Assembly (NCBI GenBank): GCA_036399775.1
Contig: DASWMJ010000009.1
Location: 3,866-67,865 of the forward strand
From: Chloroflexia bacterium
GTDB taxonomy: Bacteria; Chloroflexota; Chloroflexia; QHBQ01; JADMIH01
Direction: 5' to 3'
Length of the DNA: 64,000 nucleotides
In this document: positions 1 through 9,335 of the stretch, one piece after another
Layout: every line of letters starts with the position of its first letter
How positions within the stretch are numbered: position 1 is the stretch's first letter
Position numbers and translations under genes: made by a program
The notes under the pieces: generated by a model
Seen by the model: the letters and a program-made list of their open reading frames with translations, nothing else
Databases searched by the model: none
What the model was told of the DNA's origin: nothing

Positions 1-174
1 GGCTGCATCGTGGAGTCGCAGCCCTGCCCGCCCACCGGCTACCCGATTGACTACCCGCTTACGCTCACCCTGACGCTAATATTGGTGGTAGTTGTGGCCT
101 TCTCCAACCTGCTTGCCGACATCCTCTACACGATAGTGGACCCCAGGATAAACTACAACGCCGCCCCGCAGTAA
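1..174 (+). CDS. ABC transporter permease, C-terminal fragment (DppB/OppB-like); 5' end lies outside the window
   Basis: In-frame translation from nt 1 gives ...GYPIDYPLTLTLTLILVVVVAFSNLLADILYTIVDPRINYNAAPQ*. This closely parallels the C-terminus of the full permease at 1575..2783 (GYPIDYPLALALTLIFVAIVAFSNLITDYLYTLADPRI). Confidence 0.6.
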   Translation, partial: GCIVESQPCPPTGYPIDYPLTLTLTLILVVVVAFSNLLADILYTIVDPRINYNAAPQ

Positions 175-421
175 CGCCCCAAAGCGCCCAAATGAACCTT
201 ATCAGGCGTAAATGTGTCAATATGATATAGGGGCGTAGTGCGTAGTACGTACTGCGTATCGCATAGTGCTTATCACGAAAATACGCATCACACGACAGTA
301 GTACAAATTACGACAGACATTCAGTTTTCCTGAGAGGCTTGGGGAAACTGGTTTTTATTGCACCCAACCGAGTAAACGTCACCCTACAACTACCATCTGT
401 CACTGAGACTAATATCAAACT

Positions 422-444
422 CTGACCCCTGACCCCTGACCCCT
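422..444. repeat. Tandem heptamer array (GACCCCT x3), member of the intergenic heptamer-repeat family
   Basis: Direct reading: ctgacccctgacccctgacccct. The same heptamer or its reverse complement recurs at 38133-38213, 38916-38951 and 40455-40480. Confidence 0.7.
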
Positions 445-483
445 ATTTTCGAGAGAAGAACATATGAAGGGAGCAAGTTCCAT

Positions 484-1458
484 ATGGCCGCGATAGCCCA
501 GGCGCATGACAGGCCCGCTTCTGCCGGTGTAGAGCGAAGCGAGGCCGCCGCGATATGGCGACGTTTTCGCAGGCACAAGCTAGGCGTTGCCGGGCTGATT
601 ATGCTGGCGATACTTGGACTGGCAGCGCTGATAATACCTGCCGTTTCACCTTATAGCTACCGCGACGTAAACCCCCTCATGCCGTTCGCGCCCGCCAACT
701 CTATGGATTCTGTTAGGGGTATCCCTCACTTATTTGGCACCGATTACCTCGGCAGGGATGTATTCACCCGCCTCTTTTACGGCGAGCGAACGTCTTTGTT
801 CGTTTCGATATTTGCCACCCTTTTCATAGTGGTCATCGGTGTGGTCACGGGCGCGATTGCGGGGTTCTACGGGGGTTGGGTCGATACGGTGCTGATGCGA
901 TTCACCGACTTCATGCTGGCCCTGCCCCTGCTGCCGGTATACTTGTTCGCCAACAAGCTATTCAGGCCGACGACCATCACGCCCGAAGACGCCTTCCCCG
1001 TAACCATGAACCTGGCCCTCATATTCGTGCTATTCGGCTGGATGGGCATGAGCCGCCTGGTCAGAGGCTCTTTCCTGTCGCTCCGCACGGAGTCTTACGT
1101 CGAAGCGTCAAAGGCGCTTGGGGCCAGCAATCGCAGGCTGATCTTCAGGCACCTGCTCCCCAATTCTATCGCGCCCGTGCTGGTGGCGGCCACCTTCTCC
1201 GTGGGGGACTTCATCATCTGGGAGTGCGTTCTTGCCTACTTCGGCCAGGGCGTAACCGATTTTATCGTGCCCTCGCTCGGCAATATGGTGGTGACGGCGC
1301 AGGTCTTCGTCTGGAACATGGACGTGCTCAATCCCTTCGAGGGAATTAAAGCATATCTGCTGATAATCCCCGGCGCTATGATATTTTTGACGGTCCTTTC
1401 CATCAACTATGTAGGCGACGCTCTCCGCAACGCCCTCGATCCCCACCAAACCAATTGA
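484..1458 (+). CDS. ABC transporter permease, DppC/OppC-like
   Basis: 324 aa with multiple TM segments. Carries the classic BPD-transporter motif region LGRDVFTRLFYGERTSLFVSIF...AGFYGGWVDTVLMRFTDFMLALP typical of OppC/DppC. Confidence 0.85.
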   Translation: MAAIAQAHDRPASAGVERSEAAAIWRRFRRHKLGVAGLIMLAILGLAALIIPAVSPYSYRDVNPLMPFAPANSMDSVRGIPHLFGTDYLGRDVFTRLFYGERTSLFVSIFATLFIVVIGVVTGAIAGFYGGWVDTVLMRFTDFMLALPLLPVYLFANKLFRPTTITPEDAFPVTMNLALIFVLFGWMGMSRLVRGSFLSLRTESYVEASKALGASNRRLIFRHLLPNSIAPVLVAATFSVGDFIIWECVLAYFGQGVTDFIVPSLGNMVVTAQVFVWNMDVLNPFEGIKAYLLIIPGAMIFLTVLSINYVGDALRNALDPHQTN

Positions 1459-1460
1459 CG

Positions 1461-1552
1461 AATTTTGAATTCTAAATTCTAAATTTTGAGTTATCCGCCT
1501 ATTTCAGAGGTTGTCTGAATTTAGAATTCAAAATTCAAAACTCAAAATTCAG
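1461..1552. repeat. Inverted pair of AT-rich tandem-heptamer arrays (AATTCTA/AACTCAA type) flanking a ~25-bp centre
   Basis: aattttgaattctaaattctaaattttgag ... aatttagaattcaaaattcaaaactcaaaattc. The arms are approximately reverse-complementary and the element sits between two permease genes. Confidence 0.7.
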
Positions 1553-1574
1553 AGAAGGGTTGGAGTGACAAACT

Positions 1575-2783
1575 ATGGCAACGTACATGTTGCGGCGGTT
1601 TTTGCAGAGTATCGGTTTTATTGCTATTGCCTGGCTCATTGTGTACTCGGTAGTTGTGCTATTGATACCCAACGGGCCGAAGCAGAGTTATGATCGCCAG
1701 ATACAGGCATTTCGAGAGATGAGCGGGCTGACTGACGTGAGCAGCCCGGAAACCGACCTGCTGGCACAGCGCTACAAGGTTGACAAGCCCTGGCCGCTCA
1801 ACTTCTTCTATTGGCTATTCGACCCCGACGTCAGGCCGGTAGAAGGTGCGACTGGAGGGCCTTTCGGGCAGCCAGTAGAGCACAAGCCGGTCATAGTAGA
1901 CATACAGATTGGGGGCCTGACCCTTCACGGAGCGGGCATTCTTACGGGGGACTTCGGCCAATCGGTCCGAGTGTACAGGGGCCGCCTAGTCGCAGATCTG
2001 GTGAGAGAAGCATGGCTGCATACCGCTATTCTAGTGGGTCTGTCGCTGGTGATCGCGGTAGCGCTCGCGGTGCCGGTTGGGATAGTTGGCGCTGTGCGGC
2101 AACGCTCTAAGCTAGACCACGCGTTGACCTTCTTCTCGTTTGCGGGGTTCTCGATGCCCCTCTTCCAGATCGGCCTGGTACTTATGATCTGGCTGGCCGT
2201 GTTCCCATACTTCTGGCACACCAGGGACGGTTGGACGTGGATGCCTTACTTGCCCGCAATCGGCGTGTCGGATCCCGACCAGTACGATAACTGGATAAAT
2301 CGTATCTACCATCTCATATTGCCTACGCTCACGTTGGCGCTCCCGCAGATAGTGCTGCTGTCGCGTTATATCCGCTCGTCCCTGGCAGAAGTGTTGAAGC
2401 AGGACTATATACGTACGGCCCGCGCTAAAGGACTATCCACGCGGCGCGTGGTGTGGAAGCACGGTTTGCGTAACGCCCTGATACCGCTCATCACGGTCGT
2501 AGGCGTGATGCTGCCCAGCCTGGTTTCCGGCGCGATTATCGTTGAGACCCTATTCGGCTATCCCGGCGTGGGCCAGATGTTTTACAAAGGGCTGGGCGGC
2601 TGCCTGCCGACCCTGATAGCCGGCGATACCTGTCCTGAGGGTGGATATCCAATAGACTATCCCCTGGCCCTCGCTCTGACCCTCATATTCGTGGCGATAG
2701 TGGCTTTCTCCAATCTCATCACCGACTATCTCTACACCCTGGCCGACCCCAGGATAAGTCTCACGGCGCGGCAACAGGGTTGA
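1575..2783 (+). CDS. ABC transporter permease, DppB/OppB-like, with an internal insertion
   Basis: 402 aa with TM segments. Motif region ...YIRTARAKGLSTRRVVWKHGLRNALIPLITVVG... is the characteristic permease signature. It is ~90 aa longer than typical DppB. Confidence 0.85.
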   Translation: MATYMLRRFLQSIGFIAIAWLIVYSVVVLLIPNGPKQSYDRQIQAFREMSGLTDVSSPETDLLAQRYKVDKPWPLNFFYWLFDPDVRPVEGATGGPFGQPVEHKPVIVDIQIGGLTLHGAGILTGDFGQSVRVYRGRLVADLVREAWLHTAILVGLSLVIAVALAVPVGIVGAVRQRSKLDHALTFFSFAGFSMPLFQIGLVLMIWLAVFPYFWHTRDGWTWMPYLPAIGVSDPDQYDNWINRIYHLILPTLTLALPQIVLLSRYIRSSLAEVLKQDYIRTARAKGLSTRRVVWKHGLRNALIPLITVVGVMLPSLVSGAIIVETLFGYPGVGQMFYKGLGGCLPTLIAGDTCPEGGYPIDYPLALALTLIFVAIVAFSNLITDYLYTLADPRISLTARQQG

Positions 2784-2813
2784 TGATGTAGCATATCCCT
2801 CTCAGGTTTAGGC

Positions 2814-2857
2814 AAAGGGTAGGGTTGAATCAAGTAGCAACCCTACCCTTTGTTTGT
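2814..2857 (+). terminator. Rho-independent terminator-like hairpin
   Basis: Perfect 15-bp stem caaagggtagggttg / caaccctaccctttg with a 10-nt loop, followed by a tttgtttg T-tract. Lies immediately after the permease stop. Confidence 0.6.
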
Positions 2858-2926
2858 CGTAACACTGACGCTACACCGCACAACACTGTTGCAGCGCCGT
2901 AAAATACAGGAACGCCATCTTACCAT

Positions 2927-3054
2927 CCTTGTCATTCTGAGCGTAGCGAAGAATCTCGTCCCTCGCGTATGCTCTTGCCCTTGCATTCCCCGTCTACGCT
3001 CCCCGGCTTTGTACGCGAGGGACGAGATTCTTCGCTGCGCTCAGAATGACAAGG
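2927..3054. repeat. MITE-like palindromic element A, copy 1 (~43-bp inverted arms, GTCATTCTGAGCG-AGCGAAGAATCTCG core)
   Basis: Left arm ccttgtcattctgagcgtagcgaagaatctcgtccctcgcgta and its reverse complement tacgcgagggacgagattcttcgctgcgctcagaatgacaagg. A second copy is at 58691-58859. Confidence 0.65.
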
Positions 3055-3201
3055 GGAAGGGGGTTCGTTACCCTCTACATTATGCCCCACTTCACAGCCG
3101 CCTTACTAACTTCTGTATAAGTTTTCCCCAACTCCGCATCCCCGTGCTATAATAGTCGCACACTAAAACATACGTGCTAATATCCACCGTAACGGCACCT
3201 C

Positions 3202-5928
3202 ATGAAGTGCCTGCCAAGACGAGAAAAGGTCAGCCCTATGCCATCAGCCCCCGCAAAGAAATCAACCAGGCCCGCCGCGCCTACTTGGTCGAAGGTGAGC
3301 GGTAGCAGCAACACTCCTCGGACGTCCGCTTCAAAGTCCACCGGCGCAAAGAACAGTTCTCGACCTGCATCTTCTTCCGCGCGCAACGCTGCCGGTAAAG
3401 TGAAGGCGCGCAGTACGGCGCGTGCGTCTCGTGCCGCTTCGTCTCCGCCATTTGAGATACCCGCGCATCTACGGCGGGAGATAATGGCGCTGGCTATGCT
3501 GGCGGTGGCGGGGCTGTTCGTGGTGGGGCTGCTTAGCTGGTCGAGTGGCGGCCAGGGTATCGTAGGCGTCATGGGTGGCGTGGTGGCGCAGTTGTTCGGA
3601 GTGCTGGCGTGGGTGGTGCCGGTTGCGCTGGCTGCCGGGGCCGTCGTGCTCCTGCTGGGTGCGCGCTCTGATGCTCGGTGGCTTTCCCCGTTGATGCCGT
3701 TGGGCCTCTCCATAATGCTGCTTGGGCTGATGGGTTTCGCCCATCTCTTCACTAACGGGCAGGGGGCGGCTGATAGCGGGCAGGGTGGCGGCTATGTCGG
3801 TCTCGCCATCTCTACATTCCTGTCAGACTTCCTCACCAGCGCGGGCGCGGGGGTAGTGCTTGCCGCGCTCATCCTGATCGGCTTCATGCTGGCCTTCGGG
3901 GTATCTCTGGCGCAGGTGGTACGCGGTATAGGCCGCCCCACCGTCGCCGCCGGACGCCTCACAGGTAAAGCTATAGGCGAAGCAAGCACCCAGGTATCGC
4001 GCATTCTTGATGAGAGGCAGACAAAATCTAAAATCCGGGTGCCCTCTGGGCGACCAAAATCCAATATCAACACAGAGCCTGTGCGAATAAACGGGCTGGA
4101 TACTTCTCTTGAAGCAAGTGATACCTCCGCGCTACCTACTTTTGACGTGTTGTCGGAGGTCGGTGGGGAGGCGATTGACCCGGCCTCTGCACCCACAGAG
4201 GTTGTGAATCTCCTGGGCGATAAGAGTGCGACGCCGGAAAACGGCAAGGCCAAGCCCGACCCGGTGATAAACATCCGCAAGTCGGATAAGAAGGCGGGGA
4301 CTACCGAACCGACGCTCGGCCCGCAAGAGCCTATCCAGTCGCCGTTGGGCTACATCTGGAACCTGCCTCCCATGAATTTGCTTGAAACGACCAGCGAATT
4401 GAAGGTGAGCCAGGCCGACATCAAGGCCAAGATAAAGGTGATAGAGGACGCCCTGCAATCGTTCAACGTGGAGGCGACGGTGCGCGAGGTCAACACAGGC
4501 CCCGCCGTCACGCAGTTCGCCATCGAGCCGGGCACGGGGGTGCGCGTCAACCGCATAACCGCGCTGGACAAAGACCTGGCATTGGCCCTCGCCGCCCCTG
4601 ACATACGCATCGAAGCGCCAATACCGGGGCAGTCCCGCGTTGGTATAGAGGTGCCCAACGTGTCTCTACAGGTGGTGGGCCTGCGGAGTATCCTGGAGGC
4701 TGACGCCTTCCAGGTCAGCAAGGGCCGGCTGAAGATCGCGCTGGGGCGGGACACGCACGGCCAGCCTGTGGTGACGGACCTCGCCAAGCTGCCTCACATA
4801 CTGGTGGCCGGGGCGACTGGTAGCGGCAAGTCGGTCTTCCTCAACTCGATGGTGATAGGCTTCCTGACGCAGTTTACGCCCGACGACCTTCGCATGCTGA
4901 TGATAGACCCCAAGCGGGTAGAGTTGACCGGCTTCAACGGCATCCCCCACCTCCTGCGTCCTGTGGTCACGGATGTGCGCCTCGAAAAAGACCAGTCCCG
5001 GCCTCAGAATCCGAAGTCTAAGGGAGAAGCCGACCGGGAGCGCCCCCTGACGGCTGTGGAGGCGTTGAAGTGGGCGTTGTGGGAGATGGAGAGGCGTTAT
5101 AAACTCTTCGCGAATGGAAAGCGCGGGAAGGACGGCATCAGCAAGGTATTCCGCAACATAGAGCAGTATCGCACTTTCCTGAAGGAAAACCCCGAAACCA
5201 ACATGGAATACCTGCCGTATATAGTCATCATCATAGACGAGCTTGCCGACCTGATGCTTACCGCGCCAGAGGAGGTAGAGACATCGCTGTGCCGCCTGGC
5301 GCAGCTTGCCCGCGCAACCGGCATACATTTAGTGGTCGCCACCCAGCGCCCCTCGGTGGACGTGGTGACGGGCCTCATCAAGGCCAACTTCCCTGCGCGT
5401 GCTGCATTCGCTGTCACGTCGCAAGTGGACAGCAAGGTTATCCTGGATGGGGGTGGTGCCGAGAAGCTATTGGGACGCGGCGACATGCTCTACACGGCTT
5501 CCGACGAGAGCAAGCCTGTGCGTATCCAGGGTACGTTCGTATCGGATGCCGAGTCGGATAAGGTAGTGCATTTCTGGCGCAAGCAGTTGCCGTCGGAGAA
5601 AGAGCTAGCCGAGACGGGCGTGGAGGCCCCGGTACAGCCGATGCCGATGCCCGATTGGCTGGGCACGGGCGACGCCAACGAAGAGAGCGAGCTTCTTGAG
5701 CAGGCGATAGAGCTTGTGAAGAAGAGCCAGTACGTATCGGTCTCTATGCTGCAACGCAAGCTACGTATCGGCTACAACCGCGCAGCCCGCATCGTGGAGC
5801 AGATGGAGGAGCTAGGGCTGATCTCGCCCGCGAATGGCGACAGCCGGGGCAAGCCACGCGAAGTGTTGCTGGGCGCGCCCGACCCCCGCGCCGACGATAT
5901 GCGAGAACTGGTAGGTGACGAGGACTAG
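3202..5928 (+). CDS. ftsK: DNA translocase FtsK/SpoIIIE
   Basis: N-terminal TM region, long low-complexity linker, then motor domain with Walker A LVAGATGSGKSVFLNSM, Walker B IIIDELADLM, and the LVVATQRPSVDVVTGLIKANFPARAAFAVTSQVDS motif. C-terminal gamma-like winged helix (VSMLQRKLRIGYNRAARIVEQMEELGLI). The true start may be the Met at 3238. Confidence 0.9.
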   Translation: MKCLPRREKVSPMPSAPAKKSTRPAAPTWSKVSGSSNTPRTSASKSTGAKNSSRPASSSARNAAGKVKARSTARASRAASSPPFEIPAHLRREIMALAMLAVAGLFVVGLLSWSSGGQGIVGVMGGVVAQLFGVLAWVVPVALAAGAVVLLLGARSDARWLSPLMPLGLSIMLLGLMGFAHLFTNGQGAADSGQGGGYVGLAISTFLSDFLTSAGAGVVLAALILIGFMLAFGVSLAQVVRGIGRPTVAAGRLTGKAIGEASTQVSRILDERQTKSKIRVPSGRPKSNINTEPVRINGLDTSLEASDTSALPTFDVLSEVGGEAIDPASAPTEVVNLLGDKSATPENGKAKPDPVINIRKSDKKAGTTEPTLGPQEPIQSPLGYIWNLPPMNLLETTSELKVSQADIKAKIKVIEDALQSFNVEATVREVNTGPAVTQFAIEPGTGVRVNRITALDKDLALALAAPDIRIEAPIPGQSRVGIEVPNVSLQVVGLRSILEADAFQVSKGRLKIALGRDTHGQPVVTDLAKLPHILVAGATGSGKSVFLNSMVIGFLTQFTPDDLRMLMIDPKRVELTGFNGIPHLLRPVVTDVRLEKDQSRPQNPKSKGEADRERPLTAVEALKWALWEMERRYKLFANGKRGKDGISKVFRNIEQYRTFLKENPETNMEYLPYIVIIIDELADLMLTAPEEVETSLCRLAQLARATGIHLVVATQRPSVDVVTGLIKANFPARAAFAVTSQVDSKVILDGGGAEKLLGRGDMLYTASDESKPVRIQGTFVSDAESDKVVHFWRKQLPSEKELAETGVEAPVQPMPMPDWLGTGDANEESELLEQAIELVKKSQYVSVSMLQRKLRIGYNRAARIVEQMEELGLISPANGDSRGKPREVLLGAPDPRADDMRELVGDED

Positions 5929-6487
5929 AAGCATTGACGTAACCGGAAGGAGGCGGAAGGTGGACGTAAGACCTTACAACAACGGCAACTTGATTGCGGG
6001 TGTGGCTCTTATCCTGCTTGGCTTGATCTTTTTCGTCGCCACGCAGGGCGCGTTCAACCTCAACTGGGGCACCATATGGCCCGTCTTTCCCATGCTGGCG
6101 GGCGCTCTCGTTCTATTCCAGGCACTTACTATCGGTGACGCCAATCGCCGCGTCGGAATGGTGTTCGCCGGTACCATACCTTTTTTAGTAGGCGCGTTTT
6201 TCTTCACGGTTACTCTAGGTCTCTTTTCGTGGGGCGACATGGCGACCCTCTGGCCCATGTTTCCTCTGATAGTGGGCGTGGCCTTTTTCGCCGCGTACAT
6301 GGCTTCGGGCCGGCAAGAGAATAACCTTCTTATGTCCGCCATCGTGATGACGGGCGTGGGCGTGGTACTCCTGGCTGTGTTGCAGATAGGCGGATCGTAC
6401 GCGGCCCTCGGTAAGCTGTGGCCGATCATCCTGATAATCGCGGGCGTATTGATGCTCGTGCCGGGGCTGCGCAGGGCCAGGGGTTGA
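5915..6487 (+). CDS. Hypothetical small membrane protein (4-5 predicted TM helices)
   Basis: ORF with hydrophobic stretches LIAGVALILLGLIFFVAT, LAGALVLFQALTIG, FLVGAFFFTVTLGLF and VVLLAVLQIGG. Overlaps the ftsK stop by 14 nt; start uncertain. Confidence 0.5.
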   Translation: MTRTRSIDVTGRRRKVDVRPYNNGNLIAGVALILLGLIFFVATQGAFNLNWGTIWPVFPMLAGALVLFQALTIGDANRRVGMVFAGTIPFLVGAFFFTVTLGLFSWGDMATLWPMFPLIVGVAFFAAYMASGRQENNLLMSAIVMTGVGVVLLAVLQIGGSYAALGKLWPIILIIAGVLMLVPGLRRARG

Positions 6488-6594
6488 ACACTCCTGCGTG
6501 TCAGGCACACGCCTCTAACGACAAGAGTCCAGGGTGAGCAATTAGCGCTCACCCTGAACTGTTGTTATTTGACGTAGAAGCAGAGCGCTAGCGT

Positions 6595-7221
6595 TCAGCG
6601 ATTCCCACTCGAAATGACAGCGATCACGATGACCGTTATGATCACCGATATGATCACTGAAATGAGCACAATGAGCAAGATGGTCAAGAGAATGCTGAGT
6701 AGTACGGCCGCGACGGCTTTGCCGGTGGATATCTTGCCATCCTCACGAATACCAATTACGTTGCCTATGATTTGAAGGATGGATCCGAGCAACTGCCCAA
6801 CAATAGGCACGGGAATGGCACCAAGCAGATGGAACAAATAGGTATGGCCTACGATGCGCAAGACATTGGCTCGCGTCGTTTGCGCGCCAAAGAAGCGCCT
6901 GGCAGCCAGGGTGAGCATCCGCGAGCTTGCGCTCCAGAAGATCAGCTCAAAAAGCATCCCCACAACGACGCGCCCCACCAGCACCAGCGTAGGGTCGGTC
7001 CCGGCGGCTAGCTCCATCCTGTAACCCTCCGGGATACCGTAGCCCTCCGGGAGCAGAGCGGTGGAGCCGCTTTGTGCCCTTATCAACGCACCCACCAGGC
7101 CCCGGACCAGGCCCACAACCAGCACGATGAGTAGCGCTATCCGTGTGGCCTCGCGGTCTTGTGCAACCTCACGATACGCAGCAGGTCTGAAAGTCACGAT
7201 ACCGAGCAAGCGTTCAATCAT
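6595..7221 (-). CDS. Yip1-family membrane protein (start trimmed to internal Met preceded by GGAGG)
   Basis: From MIERLLGIVTFRPAAYREVAQDREATRIALLIVLVVGLVRG..., multi-TM. The minus-strand sequence reads ggaggccaaagATGattgaacgc, giving a good RBS. The longer ORF to 7371 has an implausible Cys-rich N-terminus. Confidence 0.55.
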   Translation of the reverse strand: MIERLLGIVTFRPAAYREVAQDREATRIALLIVLVVGLVRGLVGALIRAQSGSTALLPEGYGIPEGYRMELAAGTDPTLVLVGRVVVGMLFELIFWSASSRMLTLAARRFFGAQTTRANVLRIVGHTYLFHLLGAIPVPIVGQLLGSILQIIGNVIGIREDGKISTGKAVAAVLLSILLTILLIVLISVIISVIITVIVIAVISSGNR

Positions 7222-7694
7222 CTTTGGCCTCCAGCAAAGTTGATACGTCGAAATAGCTGCCTGTTCATAATAGGAACGGGCACATGCAACGCTGTTGCCG
7301 CCACCAAACGGCTCAACGAACGGCACGCAAGCACATAGCGTTGTCGCACATAGTATCACACAGTTGACCAAAAAGCAATAGGTTAGCCCACTGTTTACTC
7401 GATTCTAAGTACAGCATATACAGAGGGAGCGTCAACCGGACAGCAACGACTTGTCTCCGCATCCGTACCTTTTCTCTCCTGTCTCACAGCACTCATGGCT
7501 GATCTCGAGTAGCCCGTTCTTCGTTTGCGTAGCTGCTCCAAAGGGCTAACATGCGCTGGCAACTCCCCTCCTCTATGCCGTCGCCATTATCTCCTATTTA
7601 GATGCGGTTGCCCTGGCGGGGGCCTTACTATTCTATTGCGCGCTATGCACGCTTGTGTTATCTTAGGTGTAACTCGGCTGATGGAGGTCACACG

Positions 7695-7916
7695 ATGCAG
7701 AGCGAACTTACCAGGGCCATTTACGACTCGGCGGGCATGGACTGGCAGACCGCCGAAAAGGTCGTCTACACATTCCTTACATACATGGAGCGCAAGATGC
7801 CGCCGGAGGACTACGCGGTGCTCAAGCGGTACATGCTCGGCGACGTAGAATACAAGCTGCCCGACAGGTCGGCCTATCCCGGCTATGCGGGGGAGATACC
7901 GGACCAGGCGCGATAA
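7695..7916 (+). CDS. Small hypothetical protein (73 aa)
   Basis: MQSELTRAIYDSAGMDWQTAEKVVYTFLTYMERKMPPEDYAVLKRYMLGDVEYKL... preceded by ggaggtcacacgATG. Family not recognised. Confidence 0.4.
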   Translation: MQSELTRAIYDSAGMDWQTAEKVVYTFLTYMERKMPPEDYAVLKRYMLGDVEYKLPDRSAYPGYAGEIPDQAR

Positions 7917-8028
7917 ACTTAGCACAGAGCATGGCCGCGATGCCCGGTTCGCATATCTGACGGAAAGTGGGGGCACGAGATAATCGTGCCCCTACGCGCA
8001 TCTTTGGGGTTGAGCAGGGGGTTTTGCG

Positions 8029-9180
8029 ATGAAAAGTGGCGTGTTCAAGATCGTGACCATAGGGGGCGTGGACATCAAGGCCCATTGGAGTTGGCTGCTG
8101 ATCCTGCTCCTCTTCACCTACCAACTGGCTACCCTCTACTTCCCAAACGCGCTGCCCGGCGAGAGCGAGATTGTTTACCTGGCGCTGGGCCTGGTGGCCG
8201 CGCTCCTCCTGTTCGTGTCGGTGCTGGTACACGAGTTGAGCCATGCGTTCATGGCTCGCGCTCGCGGGTTGAAGGTGCGCGATATAGTGCTCTTTATCTT
8301 CGGCGGCGCGGCCAACATCGAACAGGAGCCCGAGAAGCCGGGGGACGAGTTCCTCATAGCGGTGGTCGGGCCGTTGACCAGTATAGCCCTTGCTGCCCTC
8401 TTCTACGGCCTGGCGCTCATTGTTGACCCACCCATGAGGCGGGCGGGAGCATTCGCGGCCTCCGTCCTACAATACCTGGCCTTTATCAACTTCATGCTGG
8501 CACTGTTTAACATGATACCCGGCTTCCCCCTGGACGGCGGGCGCGTGCTGCGCTCCATAATCTGGGGCGTGACCCGAAACTTCCAGTCAGCCACGCGCAT
8601 TGCGGGCTTCTTCGGCCAAATGGTAGCTTATGGCTTTATCTTCCTGGGCCTTTACCAAACCTTCTTCCAGGGTGGCTTCGACGTGAGTGGGCTGTGGCTG
8701 GCCTTTATCGGCTGGTTCCTCCTGAACGCCACCCAGCAGAGCGTGGCAGGCTCTACCATACGCAATATCACACGCGGTATCACCGTAGCCCAGGTTATGC
8801 AGCAAGCCCCAACTATGGTTGCGCCCCACTATACGCTGGCGCATCTGCTTACACAATTTATGCTCCCCTACAACCTCCGCGCGATGCCCGTAGGCCAGGA
8901 AGGCAGGCTTGAGGGCATAGTCACCCAGAGCGACATCAAGGACGTGCCGCAAGACCAGTGGGGCATCGTCACGGTGGGCAATGTGATGACGGCAGGCGAC
9001 AATCTGCGCACGGTAAGCCCTCAGGACGGCCTGGAACGCGCCATGCAGCTACTAAGCGAAGGTGATTTCGACCAATTGCCGGTGGTAGACAATCTCGGCA
9101 AGCTGGTAGGCATGCTCTCCCGCGCCCACGTCCTGCGCTGGCTCCAAATCAGGGACGAGTTGAAGATGCGTGAAACGTAA
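8029..9180 (+). CDS. Site-2 protease family (M50) zinc metallopeptidase with C-terminal CBS domain pair
   Basis: HExxH in VLVHELSHAFMARARG; multi-TM core. C-terminal region ...PVGQEGRLEGIVTQSDI...LPVVDNLGKLVGMLSRAHVLRWL is typical of CBS pairs. Confidence 0.85.
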   Translation: MKSGVFKIVTIGGVDIKAHWSWLLILLLFTYQLATLYFPNALPGESEIVYLALGLVAALLLFVSVLVHELSHAFMARARGLKVRDIVLFIFGGAANIEQEPEKPGDEFLIAVVGPLTSIALAALFYGLALIVDPPMRRAGAFAASVLQYLAFINFMLALFNMIPGFPLDGGRVLRSIIWGVTRNFQSATRIAGFFGQMVAYGFIFLGLYQTFFQGGFDVSGLWLAFIGWFLLNATQQSVAGSTIRNITRGITVAQVMQQAPTMVAPHYTLAHLLTQFMLPYNLRAMPVGQEGRLEGIVTQSDIKDVPQDQWGIVTVGNVMTAGDNLRTVSPQDGLERAMQLLSEGDFDQLPVVDNLGKLVGMLSRAHVLRWLQIRDELKMRET

Positions 9181-9181
9181 A

Positions 9182-9236
9182 ACGTCAAGATGGCATGTGC
9201 TCCGGTAGGGTAAGCCAGACTTCGCCTGCGGGGAGG
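9182..9236. repeat. Direct repeat DR1-left: displaced copy of the 3' end of gene 10564..11487
   Basis: acgtcaagatggcatgtgctccggtagggtaagccagacttcgcctgcggggagg aligns with 10561-10616 (6 substitutions plus 1 indel). On the minus strand it still encodes PAGEVWLTLPEHMPS-stop. Confidence 0.8.
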
Positions 9237-9335
9237 ACTTGGCAGTTGTAGGCTCGTCATGTGAAATTACAGCGGAGTATGCCACTTGAATAAACGCCAA
9301 GTTGCAGTTTTTCTGGCCGTTTCCGATGAGAATAG

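Noticed and set aside
2850-3152. ORF 2850..3152 (100 aa) spanning MITE-like element A
   Set aside because: The reading frame is generated by the palindromic repeat arms (…VILSVAKNLVP…/…RDEILRCAQNDKG…). Such MITE-encoded pseudo-ORFs are common annotation artefacts.
6772-7243. Plus-strand ORFs 6772..7011 and 7061..7243 opposite the Yip1-family gene
   Set aside because: Short, unusual composition and fully embedded antisense in a better-supported membrane-protein gene.
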